From Candidatus Sigynarchaeum calidifontis (GTDB lineage: Archaea > Asgardarchaeota > Lokiarchaeia > Sigyniarchaeales > Sigyniarchaeaceae), in contig JAUQYZ020000154.1 in assembly GCA_030587475.2 (NCBI GenBank), positions 1 through 29,627 on the forward strand: DNA of 29,627 nt. The letters are read 5' to 3'. How positions within the stretch are numbered: the stretch's first letter is position 1; each line of letters starts with the position of its first letter. The notes beneath the pieces are model-generated. The model was given only the letters and a program-made list of their open reading frames with translations. It was not told the origin of the DNA and did no database searches. This document shows, piece after piece, positions 26,361 to 29,627 of the stretch. Both the position numbers and the translations under genes were made by a program.

Positions 26361-27608
26361 GTGACACGCGTATGCATGATAGGTGGCGCAACGACCCCCT
26401 TTGACTATGGACCAACTGGTTTCGAGACCATCGAGGAGGGAGCCGTCATGTGCCTCAAGGAAATCGAACAAGATGTCCCCGAGTTTCGCATGCGAGACAT
26501 CGATTTCGTCGTGTACAGCCATTTTTCGGTGCATTTTGGCCACCAGCTCGCTCCTGAATGGGTGATTCACGATCATCTTGGTCTCGTGGGTATCCCACAT
26601 TTTCGGGTCGAGAACGGCGGCAACACGGGCGGGTCATCGCTCTACGCGGCGTGGCTCGCGGTGAAATCAGGGCACCATCACGTCGTTCCCATCATTGGAT
26701 GGGAAACCATGGACACGGTCTCACAGTCGCAAGGGTCTGAATTCATCGCTCTGGCGTCAGACATGCGATACGAGCTCATGGTCGGCGGGATATACCCCCT
26801 TTTCTATGCTGCCATGGCTTGGAAGTGGATGAAAGAAAACAACGTCACCGAGGAGGACGTGGCTCGCATCGCGGTGAAAAATCGCAACAACGCGATGGAT
26901 AACGTCAAGACCCAGTGGTACCGGAACGAGCACAAATATCTCACAGTCGAAGACGTGTTGAATTCCCGCATGATCGCCTGGCCGATCAAGAAATATGACT
27001 GCTGCCTCATGACCCGAGGCGTGGCAGCGGCGATCATCTGCGACGAAGAATATGCAAAGAAAGTCGCGCCGGACAACTACGTCGTGATCGATGGTATCGG
27101 GTTATCCAGCTGCACGATCCGAGCAGGAGACAGGATCAACTTCCCGGCATGGAAGGAACGGTACGGCGCCGGCTATCCAGATATGACCGAGTTCGCGGCT
27201 TGCAGATCCGCTGCGGAGATGGCCTACAAGCAAGCCCACATCACCAACCCGCGGAAGCAGATTCACGTGATGGAAATTCACGACGCGTTCTCGACGAGCG
27301 AGGCGCAGATATACAAGGCCTTGGGTATTGTCAACAAGGACAACGTGGCACAGTTCATCCGGGACGGGGGCCCCGAGATCGGCGGGGAATTGCCCGTCAA
27401 TCCAGGCGGGGGGCTCCTTGGCTATGGTCATCCCGTCGGCGCCACGGGCATCATGTCCCTGGTCGAGTGCTATTACCAGCTCGCGGGCATGATCGGCAAG
27501 AAGCACTTGTCGAAGAAGGGGCAGGTTCCAAACGCGGAGGTCGGCTTGATCAACAGCCACGCGGGAACGGGCACCAGCATCTCGAACTTCATCTTGAGGA
27601 GGCCGTGA
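26361..27608 (+). CDS. SCP2/Ltp2-like thiolase-fold protein lacking the N-terminal catalytic Cys
   Basis: RVENGGNTGG (canonical ENACASG), AVKNRNNA, MIAWP, EIHDAFS, PVNPGGGL..YGHPVGATG. Confidence 0.9.
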   Translation: MTRVCMIGGATTPFDYGPTGFETIEEGAVMCLKEIEQDVPEFRMRDIDFVVYSHFSVHFGHQLAPEWVIHDHLGLVGIPHFRVENGGNTGGSSLYAAWLAVKSGHHHVVPIIGWETMDTVSQSQGSEFIALASDMRYELMVGGIYPLFYAAMAWKWMKENNVTEEDVARIAVKNRNNAMDNVKTQWYRNEHKYLTVEDVLNSRMIAWPIKKYDCCLMTRGVAAAIICDEEYAKKVAPDNYVVIDGIGLSSCTIRAGDRINFPAWKERYGAGYPDMTEFAACRSAAEMAYKQAHITNPRKQIHVMEIHDAFSTSEAQIYKALGIVNKDNVAQFIRDGGPEIGGELPVNPGGGLLGYGHPVGATGIMSLVECYYQLAGMIGKKHLSKKGQVPNAEVGLINSHAGTGTSISNFILRRP

Positions 27609-27610
27609 TC

Positions 27611-28348
27611 ATGGGAAAGAAAGCAAAACCAGCACCGGAAAAGAAGGAGGCTGCACAAGCGAAGCCAGCCGCGAAGAAAGAAGCTGCGACACCCAAGGAC
27701 GTGAAAGCTGCTCCTGCCGTGATAAAACCAAAGTTTACCAAGATCGTCGATACGCGCCCCGCCGGCGTCTCGGAAACGGGGCTCGCCGTGGTTGGCTACG
27801 AGATATCCGAGGATGGCAAGTACATCAACACGAAATTACACTATGACCAGTTATACACGATCCGGCACGGCTCGAACTCCAAGCTTTTCCTTGGATTTCT
27901 CGAGGGGAAACTGTTCGCCACGAAATGCCCGAAGTGCGGCGACAAGTTTTTCCCGCCACGCACGGCGTGCTGGAACATAGATTGCAACCTCGCGACAACG
28001 GAATGGGTCGAGCTCAAGCCTGTTGCCACTGTCCACACGTACACCATCGCGGGCTGGTCGGGTCGCTCGTCCTTGAAAAAATTACCTTTCGTCCTCGCAT
28101 ATGGCATCATCGATGGATGCAAGACCGCGGTCGCGAACGAGCTTCACGGTATCGATCCATGGGATGCGGATTTCAACATGCCGCTCAAGGTCGTCTTCAA
28201 GCCGAAGGCTGAACGCGTGGGTGCCATCACGGACTGGCATTTCGAACCCGCTGATGGCTGGAAGCCAAGCCCGATGAATCCTACTAAAGAACGGATGAAA
28301 AAACTCACGCTGCCCGTCTATGACTGGGTCAAGACGATGAAAGAATGA
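27611..28348 (+). CDS. DUF35 (Zn-ribbon/OB-fold) acyl-CoA-binding partner with a Lys/Ala/Pro-rich N-terminal extension
   Basis: LFATKCPKCG..FFPPRTACWNIDC, WVEL...TVHTYT, PFVLAY; ATG 2 nt after the thiolase-like stop. Confidence 0.9.
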   Translation: MGKKAKPAPEKKEAAQAKPAAKKEAATPKDVKAAPAVIKPKFTKIVDTRPAGVSETGLAVVGYEISEDGKYINTKLHYDQLYTIRHGSNSKLFLGFLEGKLFATKCPKCGDKFFPPRTACWNIDCNLATTEWVELKPVATVHTYTIAGWSGRSSLKKLPFVLAYGIIDGCKTAVANELHGIDPWDADFNMPLKVVFKPKAERVGAITDWHFEPADGWKPSPMNPTKERMKKLTLPVYDWVKTMKE

Positions 28349-28513
28349 GCGATCTTGGTTTTCTTCACCTTTTTCCCCTCTTTTATGTTGAAACCACATC
28401 CCATCGTTCCATGATAACACGTTATATATTAGCTTGTTAAATCGACAAGCTTAATATCCCCGAAGGGGGAGGATCCTACGAAACTTGCTTGCAGCCAGGG
28501 AGTGCTTATCGCC

Positions 28514-29554
28514 ATGCCAGACGAAGCGGATCCCATCATACAACACATCGCACGCGCCTACGGCAAGGTATGCCTTCTCAACGTCGAGGTTGCCGAAATA
28601 GAGAGAAAGATCTACACAGGGAGCGGGAGGGCAGTCCCCTATTATTGGATACGGGTAAAGGATGGCTTCACTTCTGCTGATCTTGAAGGGCTGGCCCGTC
28701 TTTACCCATGCACCGGGGCGAGTGCCCGGGTATCAGAAAGGGTATTCAACAAGGCGAACCCAAAAGTGGGATCCCGTATCAGTTTTCGGGGCGATCTCGA
28801 TCAAGATTCGTGCAACGGGGTTCACTTGAAGAATGTGCTAAAGATCGAGACAACTCCCGTTGATATACATGCTGGATACATCGCATCGGCAGATCATGTT
28901 CAAGACGTCTTGTCCGGAAAAATTACTTTGTTGAAACACCAGGGCGGATACCAGAACTACGCTTATTATCATGAAATCGATGACGACGTGGATGCGGATG
29001 CTGCAGCCTATGGCCGTTCCTATCATCGCCCATACTACCTGCGATCAAATGCATATCATGTCACCGACAACATTTCTACTAGGGAGAAAAGCATTTTCGA
29101 TCTCGTGGACAAGAAGGGCGACGGTGGGAAAACTTTCAGAAAAATCCAGCGTGCCTTGACGATGCTCGCTGGGCAACGAAACTTGCTCATGATCAAGATC
29201 GAGAAGGATAAAATCGTTTCCGTCGTGAAGTCTCAAACTACCGACGGGATCGAATACGCAACTTGCATTTCCGAAACGGGTGATTACTTTTGCTGCCCAC
29301 AAGACCTCGAATTTTGCCTCGGTATGAAGGGATACTTGTGCAAGCACATCATCTTGAGCCTCGCCGCCGCGTGTAAGACCGATGACAAATTAAAGGATGC
29401 ACTGAAAAAATGGGTTCAAAATGCCCAAGGGAAACATCCGATTATCAAAGAGGACATCGCGACAAGTTTGTTCGTCGAATCAAAGCTGCCAAAGGATGCA
29501 CGCATCGGGTGGAGGGAAATCGAGATTCTTGCCGAGGACATGATGGCATTTTGA
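28514..29554 (+). CDS. Hypothetical protein with a C-terminal SWIM-like zinc finger
   Basis: YFCCPQDLEFCLGMKGYLCKHI (C...C...CxH) preceded by VVKSQT...YAT; TATA-like elements at about 28421 and 28450. Confidence 0.7.
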   Translation: MPDEADPIIQHIARAYGKVCLLNVEVAEIERKIYTGSGRAVPYYWIRVKDGFTSADLEGLARLYPCTGASARVSERVFNKANPKVGSRISFRGDLDQDSCNGVHLKNVLKIETTPVDIHAGYIASADHVQDVLSGKITLLKHQGGYQNYAYYHEIDDDVDADAAAYGRSYHRPYYLRSNAYHVTDNISTREKSIFDLVDKKGDGGKTFRKIQRALTMLAGQRNLLMIKIEKDKIVSVVKSQTTDGIEYATCISETGDYFCCPQDLEFCLGMKGYLCKHIILSLAAACKTDDKLKDALKKWVQNAQGKHPIIKEDIATSLFVESKLPKDARIGWREIEILAEDMMAF

Positions 29555-29627
29555 TGGGAATCGATGGTAGAAAAGCGGGTCGATCTATTAATTGAAGAGA
29601 GAAAAACGAATAACATCATTTCTTCAA

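Noticed and set aside
27149-27610. N-terminal ORF-track extensions (DUF35 from 27149, cofG from 4358, cofH from 5433, CoA-transferase alpha from 24315, propeller from 18944)
   Set aside because: They overlap upstream genes in another frame and are not protein-like; downstream starts fit family boundaries and coupling
1-29627. CRISPR array, rRNA, tRNA, IS elements
   Set aside because: No regularly spaced repeats, RNA gene signatures or transposase motifs noticed by eye

Overview
Gene-dense archaeal chromosomal window with about 27 protein-coding genes. Archaeal markers are TFE-alpha, a Hef/FANCM-type helicase, split cofG/cofH, a stand-alone RibD-C/ArfC-type reductase and BRE/TATA-like promoters. 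The TPR-SIR2 and multi-zinc-ribbon proteins suggest an Asgard (Lokiarchaeia-like) origin, which is inference only. In order: (1) a membrane-anchored metallophosphoesterase coupled to a polytopic membrane protein; (2) a GTP-to-FO (F420/riboflavin precursor) cluster: bacterial-type ribA <- -> amidohydrolase-cofG-cofH -> <- pyrimidine reductase, in which the amidohydrolase is a positional candidate for the pyrimidine deaminase that is unassigned in most archaea; (3) a minimal VirB11/CpaF-like ATPase, tfe, two TAG-interrupted orphan frames and a Hef helicase with no recognisable nuclease domain; (4) an accessory stretch: DUF4926, a DNA methyltransferase with a degenerate Mrr-like tail, a HAD phosphatase, two paralogous poly-zinc-ribbon proteins, a TPR/pseudo-SIR2/TPR protein and a beta-propeller hydrolase; (5) a GH4 glycosidase; (6) an acyl-CoA catabolic cluster (acyl-CoA dehydrogenase, two-subunit CoA-transferase, amidohydrolase, MaoC hydratase, Cys-less thiolase-fold protein, DUF35); (7) a SWIM-like zinc-finger protein. 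No rRNA, tRNA, CRISPR array or transposase was recognised. All calls come from reading motifs by eye; no searches were run.
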